From Andalucia godoyi And28 (lineage: Eukaryota > Protista > Jakobida): a DNA stretch of 64,000 bases. This document shows positions 48,460 to 59,438 of this stretch, piece after piece. Position 1 is the first letter of the stretch; every line of letters begins with the position of its first letter. The notes beneath the pieces were generated by a model, which saw only the letters and a list, made by a program, of their open reading frames with translations, searched no databases and had not been told where the DNA came from. Made by a program: the position numbers and the translations under genes. Where the stretch lies: assembly GCA_009859145.1 (NCBI GenBank), contig VRVR01000010.1:161330-225329 (forward strand). Reading direction: 5' to 3'.

Positions 48460-49866
48460 CTATTCTGTTGTTGGTGCCTCGGTCTCAGAACGTTGGCTGT
48501 TCGTGGAGAGCAAAGACTGTGTTTCCATGTGAGCCTTGATAGACGAATACTCGGGACGCCGAATGAAAACGATGGTGGATACCAACCCCGCAAAGCTCAC
48601 AAGTCCGCAAATGTATAGCGTGACCTCAACCCCAATGGCGTCGAGCAAGATCTTGAAGGAAAATGACCCAACAATCGCACCGACTTTCCCAGCAGCGGCG
48701 GCATACCCATGGTACGCGGTGCGATGCTGTGCAGAGAAAACCTGCGTTGGAATCAGATAGGTAGTGGCATTTGGACCGAAATTCGAAAAGAAAAACGACA
48801 GTCCGTACAGGGAGATGAAGAGGCTCATATTCGAAGAGACTGCGCTGTAGAAAAATCCCATTGCTAGATAGATCAATGTCGTCAATGTGAACCCCATTAT
48901 CTGCACAAGCACATACCCCATTCTGTCAACAAGCCACACGGAAGCCCAGTACCCAGGAAGTCCGATTGTGGAAATCAAAAATGTCCCTAAAGCAATTGCT
49001 TGCAGATCAGAGCGAGAAGGAGTTGATTCGTTGACGTCAAACACATCTTTCAGAATCACCGAAGAAAACAGAGCCGTGCCATAAAATGCAATGTCAAAAA
49101 AGAACCATGCAAGTGCACATCCCATCAGATTCAGAATCCTGCGAGATTCAAAAGCACGCTCTCGATTAACCAACGTTTGGTTCTCCGCAACGTCACGCTC
49201 TTCTGGTTCGGCGACCGCAGGGGGCAATGCACAAGCAACACGATCAGCAAGCACGGCATTTCTGGAGTCATTTTCCGTGACGACTTTGTGTAGTTTCCAC
49301 CGCATACGCACAAGGAAAAACGACGGGAGGAGAGCAACAACAAAAGCAATTCTCCAAACCGCATCCAAGGTCAGTTGCTGAATATACAACAGTGCAAGAC
49401 AGACCAGCGGAGCGATTGTGTTACCCACTCCTTGCATGGAAAAGACTCCAACGACAGAGCGGCCTGGTCTTGGATTATCAGGTTTCAGAAAATCAGAAAT
49501 GATACTGGCTGACAGAGGATACTCCATTCCAATGCCGAGACCGAGAATAAATCTCCAAATGGTGAGAATCCAATAGACAGATATATACCGGTTATGAAAC
49601 GATGAGACTATTGCGATCATTGAGAATATAACAAGGGCAATGGAAAGCACAAACGACGCGCCTTTCCCGATTTTCTTCGAAATCAAGCCACAAAAGAACT
49701 GGCCGAGCGTGGCGCCCACTAGAGTCGAAGCTGCCAAGCACGCAATTTCCAAATCTGTTGCTTCATACAAGTTGCTCAAAATCACGATGACGATGTTTAT
49801 CAAAAACAGATCATAGCTATCGAGAACGAAGCCACACCCAACCACTACAAACATCCAGCGTTTCAT
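48460..49866 (-). CDS. MFS phosphate:H+ symporter, PHO84/PHT1 family, 468 aa
   Basis: GFVLDSYDLF, RFILGLGIGMEYPLSASIISD (PHT1 signature variant), FSMQGVG, FDIAFYG, FGPNATTYLIP and AAAGKVGAI. Confidence 0.9.
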   Translation of the reverse strand: MKRWMFVVVGCGFVLDSYDLFLINIVIVILSNLYEATDLEIACLAASTLVGATLGQFFCGLISKKIGKGASFVLSIALVIFSMIAIVSSFHNRYISVYWILTIWRFILGLGIGMEYPLSASIISDFLKPDNPRPGRSVVGVFSMQGVGNTIAPLVCLALLYIQQLTLDAVWRIAFVVALLPSFFLVRMRWKLHKVVTENDSRNAVLADRVACALPPAVAEPEERDVAENQTLVNRERAFESRRILNLMGCALAWFFFDIAFYGTALFSSVILKDVFDVNESTPSRSDLQAIALGTFLISTIGLPGYWASVWLVDRMGYVLVQIMGFTLTTLIYLAMGFFYSAVSSNMSLFISLYGLSFFFSNFGPNATTYLIPTQVFSAQHRTAYHGYAAAAGKVGAIVGSFSFKILLDAIGVEVTLYICGLVSFAGLVSTIVFIRRPEYSSIKAHMETQSLLSTNSQRSETEAPTTE

Positions 49867-50176
49867 TTTCCAGAGAAAATGGGATTTGTGGGAGTACGCT
49901 AATTTGTGTGATGTGCCAAATGCCGATTGAGAATAAATGGGGAGGGAGAGAACGGGAGAAAGAACGAAAGAAAAATAGAAAGATAGAAAGCGAAGACGAA
50001 AGAAAACAACAATCCATACCCTTTTTCGCGGAGGGAAAATTCCCTCTCCCTTCCTCCTCCTCGACGCACTCTGCGCAGCGTGACAATGCAACGGAGAAGA
50101 AAAATAATAGAGTGATCCCAAGTGCGCGAGAACAGTGGGGGAAACAGTCTAAAGGCAAGCGTTTAAGGTAGAATAA

Positions 50177-52900
50177 TTATGGGTCTGAAAAGGTTTCGTT
50201 CAAAGAGAGAAACGGTGTCAGGGAATTCTCCAGCAGTGGGACAACAGAAGTCCGAAGCACACGCTGCAATCCGGTGGAAATATTGGGATCCTCGGATTTC
50301 TGTCGAGCCTTGGTCAGCACGTTCGACGCGGTTGCTCCAAAATGATGAGCCAGAACCTCGGACATCCCCTGTTGCAATATAGGCCTGCTCATTGCAACTT
50401 GCGAATAGTATCTCAGGCTCAGCAAGTACGCATTTTCATTGAATTCCCTGGATCGCAGTCTTCCAATGTCAGTTCCTTGGAATCTGTCATAGCCGGCTTC
50501 CAGAAAATACGGTTCCTGCACAAGAAGCAGAGATTGAAGGGAAACAACGAGCTGTAGGATGGTCGAAACCGCGGGACTCCACGACTCGCAAGTGGAGGCG
50601 GAATGCCAAGTACCGAGGAGTGACAGGCAGACGGTGCCATCCGTGTACAAATTTGGATGCAGTTTCGAAGATATCAATGACACAAACTGGAGGCGAGGTG
50701 GTTCGTTCGGATAGGAAGCAGAAAACTGTAGATCAAACATGAAGGGAACGTCTTCATACGGGGTATCGGGAGTCCCAACGATGATAAAACTCATAAGATC
50801 GAGACGCTCTTCGTACACAAAGCAGTGAATTCCTTGGGACGGAAGAATGGAAGTTCGCAGCACGTTCCATTCGTGTTGGATTCTTCGAAGCATGCGTGCC
50901 GACATTCCAGAAGAGGATTCTTCGATGAACTTGTGACTTGGTGCAGGACGCGGAAGAACATGAAAAACCGGAGATAATGCGTCTTTGGCAACAGAACTGG
51001 AGCTCGGATTCGAAGGGGCTGATTCCGCATCATTAGCGCTCCCTGCAGTCACGGACAACGTGGAAACTCTCACCTCCAAGCCTGCCGATGCATCTTCAGT
51101 TCGAGAAAAGTCCTGAATTCGCCCGTGATCACCTGATTCTTCAGAAATCCCCGCCTGCAGTTTTTTCTCTTCTTCCTCTCCTTGATGCTCTTCCCCTTCC
51201 TCCTCCTCTCCAGAGTCGTCTTCGTACTCGTCTTCGTCCTCCTCTTCTTCGTCATTTTCAGGTTCCAAATCAGTGCCCAGTCCCAAAATGACAAGTTCAG
51301 AAGGCCGAAGATCCCACTCAGAGCCGTCTTGGAACACAACAGAAACAAAACCATCTCTCCGCAACTTAATAACACGACCAAGCTTTCGATCCTGTGCATA
51401 GAAAACCGCATCGCCAATACGCATTTCCCACAACGGGTGGTTCTGGACGTCGTAAACTGGGACTTCTTCTGCATCCTCAATGCCCACCTGCTCCTCTCCA
51501 TCTTTGCAAACATATCCCAGCTTGCACATTTTGCGGTCCACGTCAACACTCAAGACAACACGAGCGGAGGAACTGAAGTCTCCTGCAGCTCCGGACACAG
51601 CCAGTAAGGAATTCAACACAGCTGCTTGAACATCTTCATCGAATTCGGCATCTGGATTCGACAACAGGGTCCTTGCCCGTTCAACATAGAAGCGGACGAC
51701 AGCCGGAATCATTTCGGGTTGCCCTGCATAATTCTGGAAAGAACTCACCGCCCGCTGCATGAAATGAGTGATGAGATCTTCGTCACTGAGCTCCATCGTC
51801 GATTGGATAGCCTCGCACTTGTCAGTCGGTAGTACAATGTCAAATGGAAACAGATCGTGGTCTTCGACATTTTGCACGGAAACGAGATCGATCGAGGGGA
51901 TGTAACCCTCTGATTCAACACCTGACTGCCACAGTACCTTGCACAGGCACCGAATTTTGCAAACACGACCAACAATAACGTCTCCCGTTGTGTCGAACGG
52001 CCACCAGATCGTGTAGACATCAAGTGACCTACGCAGTGCTCTCCCTTGGCCCTTTTCCAGATTGCCCCAATCAGATACTGTCTCGGCATCTTCGGTAATC
52101 AGGCTCCTAGATATCTTCAGATAATCGGAGAGTTGGAATTCCGTCGGATCAAACACCGGAATCATTGTAATGTCCGTCGGATCCACATCCTCCCAAGGAT
52201 CTTCTTGATTCCGTTCAAAAGACGGTCCTGAAAACCACATAACAGCAGCACTTGCAAGACGCTTTCCAACAATAACAGCCCATTGGTCAACATGTTCCTC
52301 CTTAAAAGACCCCGCAACATAGTTTTCAGGCGCGAGCAACTCCCTCCCAATCTCTCCAAACTTAACGCGAGACCCTACGGTTGCTCTCGAATCTCTGATT
52401 TCAGAAAACATTTCAGGTGACGCATCCTCGACTGTGACCATTGAAGCGTCTTGGGGAAAGAAAACCTGCACATCATGTTGCAGTCCCTGAATTCTGCCCA
52501 CGCTTCCGTTTGACACATGTTCCACAAATGCGCCATAGTCAAGGTGCGTGATATGTGAACAGTGTCGCGTGTCTACATTGTTCAACAGCACTTCCCCGCT
52601 TCGAGGATCGACCAGGTCAACATACATTCGAACGTCCTGCACTATTCCAAGCTCGCCACGTTGATCTCCGACACGATACGCTACGTCACCTGGACATAAA
52701 CAACGGTCAATAAGCTCAATGTCGCCAAGTGGAACAACAAGCGGATCCACTTCCTGGTCGGGAAAAACCAGAACTGAGCCTTCTGGGACATAGTACTGTT
52801 CTTCGTCCGAGACAAACGGGCTATACAACGACGTCACAATTCCAACCTTGTCCCTGCTCTTGATACGGACCACATCCTCTGGATGCAACTCCATACTCAT
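50177..52900 (-). CDS. UBE2O/UBC23-PHO2-like E2-E3 hybrid ubiquitin-conjugating enzyme, about 907 aa
   Basis: N-terminal IELIDR..PGDV and HDLFPFDIV conserved regions, an acidic linker, and a C-terminal UBC domain YEERLDL...GTPDTPYED...PNLYTDGTVCLSLLGTW with intact catalytic Cys. Confidence 0.92.
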   Translation of the reverse strand: MSMELHPEDVVRIKSRDKVGIVTSLYSPFVSDEEQYYVPEGSVLVFPDQEVDPLVVPLGDIELIDRCLCPGDVAYRVGDQRGELGIVQDVRMYVDLVDPRSGEVLLNNVDTRHCSHITHLDYGAFVEHVSNGSVGRIQGLQHDVQVFFPQDASMVTVEDASPEMFSEIRDSRATVGSRVKFGEIGRELLAPENYVAGSFKEEHVDQWAVIVGKRLASAAVMWFSGPSFERNQEDPWEDVDPTDITMIPVFDPTEFQLSDYLKISRSLITEDAETVSDWGNLEKGQGRALRRSLDVYTIWWPFDTTGDVIVGRVCKIRCLCKVLWQSGVESEGYIPSIDLVSVQNVEDHDLFPFDIVLPTDKCEAIQSTMELSDEDLITHFMQRAVSSFQNYAGQPEMIPAVVRFYVERARTLLSNPDAEFDEDVQAAVLNSLLAVSGAAGDFSSSARVVLSVDVDRKMCKLGYVCKDGEEQVGIEDAEEVPVYDVQNHPLWEMRIGDAVFYAQDRKLGRVIKLRRDGFVSVVFQDGSEWDLRPSELVILGLGTDLEPENDEEEEDEDEYEDDSGEEEEGEEHQGEEEEKKLQAGISEESGDHGRIQDFSRTEDASAGLEVRVSTLSVTAGSANDAESAPSNPSSSSVAKDALSPVFHVLPRPAPSHKFIEESSSGMSARMLRRIQHEWNVLRTSILPSQGIHCFVYEERLDLMSFIIVGTPDTPYEDVPFMFDLQFSASYPNEPPRLQFVSLISSKLHPNLYTDGTVCLSLLGTWHSASTCESWSPAVSTILQLVVSLQSLLLVQEPYFLEAGYDRFQGTDIGRLRSREFNENAYLLSLRYYSQVAMSRPILQQGMSEVLAHHFGATASNVLTKARQKSEDPNISTGLQRVLRTSVVPLLENSLTPFLSLNETFSDP

Positions 52901-53198
52901 TAGTAATGCGTCAAATGACACTCGCCAAAGTTCAGATAACAGCGCCTCTCATGGAAGAAAACATGGCTGTGGAAACAAGACGAGCCAAAGAAGAGGAAAG
53001 GCATCCCCGATACGCGCGTAATCATCGCTGAAATGACGCTAGCGGATGCATCAAGTTCGCAAATGCCCGACAGCCTTCCCCGCGACGACAGTCGATTCCG
53101 AAGGCGACTTCCAAGCGCGCGCAAAAGAAAAGGCTCTTTCGTGCGTTTTAATGGTCACTTTCGATTTTCGTCTTCAGCAGACAGAAAGTGTATGATGG

Positions 53199-54785
53199 AT
53201 GATCGATGACAATGAGTACGTTTCGAAACACACTCTTTGTTCTTGGATTGAATCCGTTTGCGAGCAGTTGAAATTGGGCGATGCGTCTGCAACTATTAAA
53301 TTGGACCGGTGGACGGATGCCGTGTATTTTTACTCGATCAGGAATTCGTACTTTTGGGCGCATTTCGTGGCACAACGGTTTCTTATTCGTCTAGCAGATT
53401 TGAACGATGACGCGATGCAGGAACTTGGCGACGTTACGTTCCAAAGGCTGGTCATCGTCATGTGCCGGTTTCCTTGCGCTCTGTACGGTTCCTCTCATTT
53501 TCAATGCGTTTCTCGGGTATGGAAGCATTTCAAGCGTGTTGCGCTGGTTGTTGATCTCACTAGGTACCATAAGCTACGTATTGCATTCCATTTGGTATTG
53601 CATCATGTTTCAATGTTGGCGAATCCGAAAGCAGTCGAACTTTCATTTGAGGGCGGTGCGAGCGATAGGAAGTACATCGATGTCCTGCGGTACAGTTGGG
53701 ATCCTGTTCTTTTGGGTCGTGTATTGCGAGGGCTGATTGGGAATCCCGTAGCGTGCAAACACTATTGTCAAACGCTTCCGTGGTTTGGGACGTCCCTGGG
53801 CATCAAAATTGGATGCTGCTGGGCGTTTGGAAATGAATCGGAGAAATGGAGACTGAAAGCCACAGAAGGGCTGTGGATGCTGTTGCAATATTGCGGCGCT
53901 CCGGAAAACATGCCATTTTCGTTTTCAGTTTCGCTGACTAAGCGGTTGCATTGTCTGTTTCTGGAAGCAGGGGACGTTGACGAGGCACTCACTCTGATCT
54001 CTTGGCTCGGCAAAGCGCCGCTGCCGGACAAGCTTCTCAGCTACCTCGCCCAGATTCTGATGCTGGGCATTTTCGGAAGACTGCACTCTATACCAGGCAG
54101 TCGATTCCAGGAGACTGCACATGCTGTCCTCAGCATTCTTGGACGTATTGCAAACCAAACTGCTGATGCATTTGTTGCTCGCGTAGTGTTTGATCCACCT
54201 TTGACGTTGCGCGACATTGACGTCCCGTCCAGTGCGTCAATCCTCGTTTCTGGAAAAGGAAGCAAACCGAAAACCGCTACAGCGCGCCGTACGAAAGTCC
54301 CCAGTCTTGTTTCCCTGGCATTTTCCTCGAATACGTCCTTGTTGTCCGCGAAACAAGCAAAGAAACCACGAATCAAGGTTCGGGTGCGGACGATGGAGTA
54401 TTTCTTTTCCTTTTGTTTTCTGGCAGTGCATACGCACTCCGAGTACTATTCCGAGTTCGCCCAGTGGAAAGAGCGACTGATTCGATGGGTTCCAGAACAC
54501 ATTTCTCGAACGCTTTTGCCGTTCTCGCTGAATCGCTGCCGCGAACTTGGCGGTGCTGCAAGATTAGAGAATTTGCGTGCTGCACGATTTGCAGCGTCTT
54601 TTCCAACATTCGCGTTGTCGTGCTCCCGTCATGGAACACTGCGGCACAGAGTTTGTAGCTCCGCAGCTCAGCTTGCTAGGTTTCTCGTTGAGTGCAAGTC
54701 CGTGGAAGATGCGTCAGATTTACTTGGTCGAGGGTTTCTTGGCTTCTTGCAGTCCTATTTGGTTAACGTGTTGTTGAGAGAATGA
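53199..54785 (+). CDS. Hypothetical helical protein, 528 aa
   Basis: Uninterrupted ORF; no family recognised. Confidence 0.6.
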   Translation: MIDDNEYVSKHTLCSWIESVCEQLKLGDASATIKLDRWTDAVYFYSIRNSYFWAHFVAQRFLIRLADLNDDAMQELGDVTFQRLVIVMCRFPCALYGSSHFQCVSRVWKHFKRVALVVDLTRYHKLRIAFHLVLHHVSMLANPKAVELSFEGGASDRKYIDVLRYSWDPVLLGRVLRGLIGNPVACKHYCQTLPWFGTSLGIKIGCCWAFGNESEKWRLKATEGLWMLLQYCGAPENMPFSFSVSLTKRLHCLFLEAGDVDEALTLISWLGKAPLPDKLLSYLAQILMLGIFGRLHSIPGSRFQETAHAVLSILGRIANQTADAFVARVVFDPPLTLRDIDVPSSASILVSGKGSKPKTATARRTKVPSLVSLAFSSNTSLLSAKQAKKPRIKVRVRTMEYFFSFCFLAVHTHSEYYSEFAQWKERLIRWVPEHISRTLLPFSLNRCRELGGAARLENLRAARFAASFPTFALSCSRHGTLRHRVCSSAAQLARFLVECKSVEDASDLLGRGFLGFLQSYLVNVLLRE

Positions 54786-54865
54786 AATGAAGCATCGGTC
54801 CTGCACGCGTTTTTTGTTTGTTTGTTTGTTTGTTTGCTTGTTTGTTTTTTTTGCTGACAAAAAGT

Positions 54866-55638
54866 TTACATAGTTGGATGATGCAGAGATTGGTCAAATG
54901 GCCACGGAATAATTCGAGATGCGTGCTTTCTGCACTCAATGTTGACTAGTTCACCGTTCTGTCGGTCGTTGCCGTTGATTCTTTCCATGGCGTGAGTCAT
55001 GCTGTCTGCAACCCCTGTCTCAACGTGGCGATGCGCCAGTCGAGTCATCGATTCTTCTAAATCTGCATCCAGAAACCATTTTTGGTCCAGGAACGAGGAA
55101 ACTTTCTTGAATCCGGCGTCCGAGTCCAGGTAGAGATACAGTCCTTCAAATACCACAATCGAATGACTGGTCTGTGCATCCACACAAATCGCATGCGGTC
55201 GAGGGTCTTTCGCCGCATGATCAAAATCCGGAAACGAGAACTTCCCAGTTTCCTTCAACTTGTGGATATCTCTGGCAAATGACTCGGAATCAAAGGTAAA
55301 CGGTGCCCCTCTTCGACGAAATGCTTCCTGCGGGTCAGGAAACATTTCAAGTTCGGTCCTGTAATAGTGGTATCCATCCATGGGGACGTGTGCGCATCTC
55401 TAATTAGGAAGGGAAAATGAGACGCGGTAAATTCATAACCACAATTCACAGCATGCATTCCGCCGCAAGAAACGAAAACAGAAAAACTGCATACTTTCAC
55501 GTGTGTTGCAAGGTACTGTGCAGCAGAAGACTTGCCAGATCCTGGAACTCCGCAAATGCCGACACAATACAATTCACCACGAGGCACGGATTTGCCGATC
55601 TCATTCAGTTCGGCAGCGAGGGATTCCAGTATCGTCAT
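54866..55638 (-). CDS. YFH7/YggC-like P-loop kinase (uridine kinase/PRK superfamily); join(55638..55495,55399..54866), 225 aa
   Basis: GICGVPGSGKSS, VPMDGYH restored across a GTATGC intron, RRGAPFTFD, DFDHAAKDP and VFEGLYL. Confidence 0.9.
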
Positions 55639-56487
55639 CCGTCCAACGGCTGATCGTTTTGTGCATCAATATTGAACATCAAACAAGCAACATCATACCG
55701 GACGTTTTGCTTATCCAACCCCTGTGGGGACGCGAAGTTCTTACCGTAGTCAAGTCAAGAATTTCTTTCATTCATCTCTTTTTTCTTTTCTTTCTATTAT
55801 TCCTTCTGCTTGTGTTTAATAATCGAACCCTCAATCAGCACCTTTCATCAGAGACAAAACATCTCATGGTTCCAAAGAGGGATCTTCCCAATAAGCTCAA
55901 ACCGGCCGTGCCCGAAGACACCGAGAACCATGAAATCCGCTGATCTCCTCTCGTCGCAACTTGCTGAGCAAGCGGATGATCAACAAATCACGACGATGTG
56001 ATCGATTTGCGTTCGGAATGCGTTTTCAAGTCAGAGAACAAGAAGGAGCAATGACAAATGCGTCGTTCGCCGACCACATTCTGTTTCCTTCAACGTTCAT
56101 CTTTTGAATGTTGAATCAATTGGTGAATATGTTTGCTGCGATAACCCTTTGACTGCACTGAAAAGTTGGTGCTCGCGCCACAACTAAAAGCAAAGCACAT
56201 GCGGCGGCTTTGGATCCTGTCGCTTAGCTGATGGTCAATAATGATTCATATTTTGGCGAGCGGTCAGCTTGTCCCATCAGGAACAAGTTCCTCTGGTTTA
56301 CCTGTACCCACTCTGTCGACGATTGTCAACAAGCAGCGGTCGATCTTACAAGCATGGGACGTGCAAAAAACGTTAATCGACCGGGCCTTCTTTGTTTTGT
56401 TATATAACATGTTGCCTTTGTTTCGTTCTTTCTCCGATGTACCGGCTTTCTCGTTTCCTTTTCGCACCCCTTCAAAGCCAGAAACGG

Positions 56488-57928
56488 ATGGAAGACATTA
56501 GACCGCATCTTCATAAATGTGTGTTTGTTGTGGGACCTACTGCGTCCGGCAAGTCAGCAGTTGCGATTCAGCTGGCGAAGGTCTTTGACGGGGAGGTAGT
56601 CAACTGCGATGCAATGCAGAGCTACAAGGGACTTGATATCGTAACTAACAAGGCTTCTGCATCCGATCAGCAAGGCATTCCGCATCACTTGATGTCGTTT
56701 ATTGATCCATTTGCAACACCCTACGTTCCGTTTGACATCCGAAAATTCACGGACGTTGCTGTTGCAACAGTATGTCGTGCCTTGTTAGATCGTCTTTCTT
56801 TTTCATCTTTTTTGAGCATCCTTTTTCTTGTCTGATTAGTAAGTTGAATAGATTACCGATATCATTGGCCGGAAGAAGATGCCGATTGTATGTGGAGGAA
56901 CCAATTATTATGTGCAGTCGCTTCTTCTGAAATCGTCCTTGGTCAATGAATCCTCAGAAAATGAGGAAGATGACGAGCTGTTGACAGCAGAATTGGATTC
57001 GCGAGATTCGAAAAGCTTGTATGCAGAGCTGCAGCGCATTGATCCGATCATGGCAGTTAAGCTGCATCCTAATGACAAGCGCAAAATTCTGCGAGCGCTG
57101 CAAGTTTTTCACAAGAAAGGCATACCATACTCGGAAATACTCGTTCAACAAGAGTCAAAAGGCATGGGTACGTTTAGGCCGTCCAATATGAGGTACGATG
57201 CAATGGTACTGTCCGTGACTGCGCCACGGGATGTTTTGAACCGCCGGATCGATGAGCGAGTTGAGCAGATGTTCGAGAATGGACTTCTGAACGAGATCCG
57301 AGATTTTCACAAGAGGCTTGGCCAACCAGAAGTATTCCCGAATCAAGGGCTCCTGCAGTCAATAGGATTCAAAGAGTTTCTTCCCTTCTTGCAGTCTGCA
57401 GAATCACTTGGGGAATGCAAGGAGGCGATGAAGGGTCGGACACGTCGATACGCGATTCGGCAAGCACATTGGATTCAGCACCAGTTTGTGAATCGAGGTC
57501 TTCCAATTTTCGAAATTCGATCCCCTTGGCTTTCTCATGAACCTGAAGGATACTTTGGGGATATCACAGCCGCTGTCAACGGCTTTTGTGCGACTCCTTC
57601 TTGCTATGACTCCATTTACAACAACAACAGCGATATCCGTGGAAAGCTTACGAACAGAACTGTCAAAATAACGCCAGCATCGGGTACGGCCCTGTCGAGG
57701 CCGCAGACAACACTGACGTGGAAAAAAGTTCGTTGTGAATCATGCAACATCACAATGAATGGTGAAAACGAATGGACCGTTCATCTGCAGTCGTCCAAAC
57801 ACAAGCGTCAGCTTAGATATTTGAAGGAAGTGGTAAACAGGCCGTCGCAAGCCAAGAAACCACGATTGCAATCGAATGACTCTGAATCGACGACAGCTCC
57901 AGCGACAGATACGCATGGAGGGCTCTAA
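56488..57928 (+). CDS. TRIT1: tRNA dimethylallyltransferase with a C-terminal zinc finger; join(56488..56769,56852..57928), 452 aa
   Basis: GPTASGKS, DAMQSYKGLDIVTNK, PIVCGGTNYY, LHPNDKRKILRAL, QSIGFKEF and the finger CESC...HLQSSKH. Confidence 0.95.
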
Positions 57929-58228
57929 CCCAACCATCGAACTGTTGTCGAAACAACTCTTGTTGTTGTTGCAGCATTATGTATGGCACAGGAATTTATT
58001 GACAGGTGGTCTGAGAGATCATTGGGAGAGCAAGAGAGATAATTGTAGTGCAAGTACATAGAAATACACAAGCTCGCAGGGGCTCACTGCCAACAAAACC
58101 AGTTGCATGTGTCGGCGGCCCTCTGAAAACGAAACAAAAACAAAAAAGAAACACTAGAATCACCCCTTCTCTTTTTGTGCTCAGCCCCATCGTCCTCGGG
58201 GCCTAATCTGTCTTTGCATACCGAAAAA

Positions 58229-58894
58229 TTACAAAGCAGACTTTGGAGCCCTGGAATCGGCAGATCGCAGACCAGTTGCAAGCCAATCCGCTTCGCATGC
58301 CTTTGTAAACTCTCCTCTCTTTGGCCGCATAGACTTACTCGTTGGTGAATCTGCAACAAGTGCGCGTTTATCCGTCACACCCATTATAGAATGCGATGCG
58401 TCATGTTCACGATGCACTGTTGGCTTGTACGCCTCCGATGGATTGTATCGCTCGTGCTTCTGTGCATCCCATTCTGCTTGTTTCTTTGCCGTTAACGAAA
58501 GTCGCTGCGCTGGTTCGGCGGCAACACCTCGAGAACCAGACCCACCAGAAAAGTTTTGGAACGTCGAACTAGCTGTCGAAGTCATCGTTCGCTGTTCGAA
58601 ATCCTTTCCATGGCCAAAAAGCATTGATCCAGGCAGGGCACGAGCTTCCATTGCCGCTGTCTCCAGTCCCGATGTTCGAGATTCCATGGGCTGCGGAGTA
58701 AATGCAGCTGCGCTCGTGGAAGTGTAATTCAAAGACTCGTACTTTGGCGAAAAATCAAACTTTTCATTGTGCGTCGTGCGGTCTTCGTACCAATTGTTCT
58801 CAAGTGTTCCGCGCGAATAGCTGTTCTTGTGCGATGAGTAGCCGATTCCTTCAGCATGCACAATTCGGTTCGTTGCAGGAGTAAGACGAGTCAT
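58229..58894 (-). CDS. Probable ciliary microtubule inner protein with an NWE-type motif (CFAP68/CFAP95/CFAP107-like), 221 aa
   Basis: YSRGTLENNWYEDR near the N-terminus, followed by short Mn-like S/T-rich helices (YTSTSAAAF, MTSTASSTF). Confidence 0.65.
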   Translation of the reverse strand: MTRLTPATNRIVHAEGIGYSSHKNSYSRGTLENNWYEDRTTHNEKFDFSPKYESLNYTSTSAAAFTPQPMESRTSGLETAAMEARALPGSMLFGHGKDFEQRTMTSTASSTFQNFSGGSGSRGVAAEPAQRLSLTAKKQAEWDAQKHERYNPSEAYKPTVHREHDASHSIMGVTDKRALVADSPTSKSMRPKRGEFTKACEADWLATGLRSADSRAPKSAL

Positions 58895-59438
58895 TTACAA
58901 TGGCAGGGTTGAAAGAACGACGTGATCGTCTTTCGTTTTCTTCTTTTCCTTCTGGTGGTAGTAACTGTGGTGAACAGCAAAAACAAAAACGAGATGAAAG
59001 CTCGTGGAAGAAAGAAAACTGATCTGTCTTGGGAAAAGCAGACGTTGACAGTTGCAAGCATCAACTGGTTTTCAACACGGCCCCCCCATAAAACCTGCTT
59101 TCGTACAACAGTTGAGGTCGAGGCCCCCCGTTCTCCCTGTGAAGCTTTTGATTCAATCTGACATGCGTGTGTGCGTGCAAAAACAAAACAGAGCAGCAGC
59201 ACCCCGTCGCCCGCAATCAGCATGCTCTTGGGAAGAAAAGCTGGAGGGAAAAAAATCTGCACTCAGAGCGAGTAGCATGTATGGTGGATCCTGAGATTTC
59301 GAAAAAGAAAAAGAAAAAAGAGTGGACAAGACACGCGCATGCTCCAAGACGTACATCAGTACCACGTGGTTCTGCACGGCAAGTGTTTTGTGCTCCTCTT
59401 CGCTCGGCTTGATTTAATACAGCACGTCTGTGGATGAA

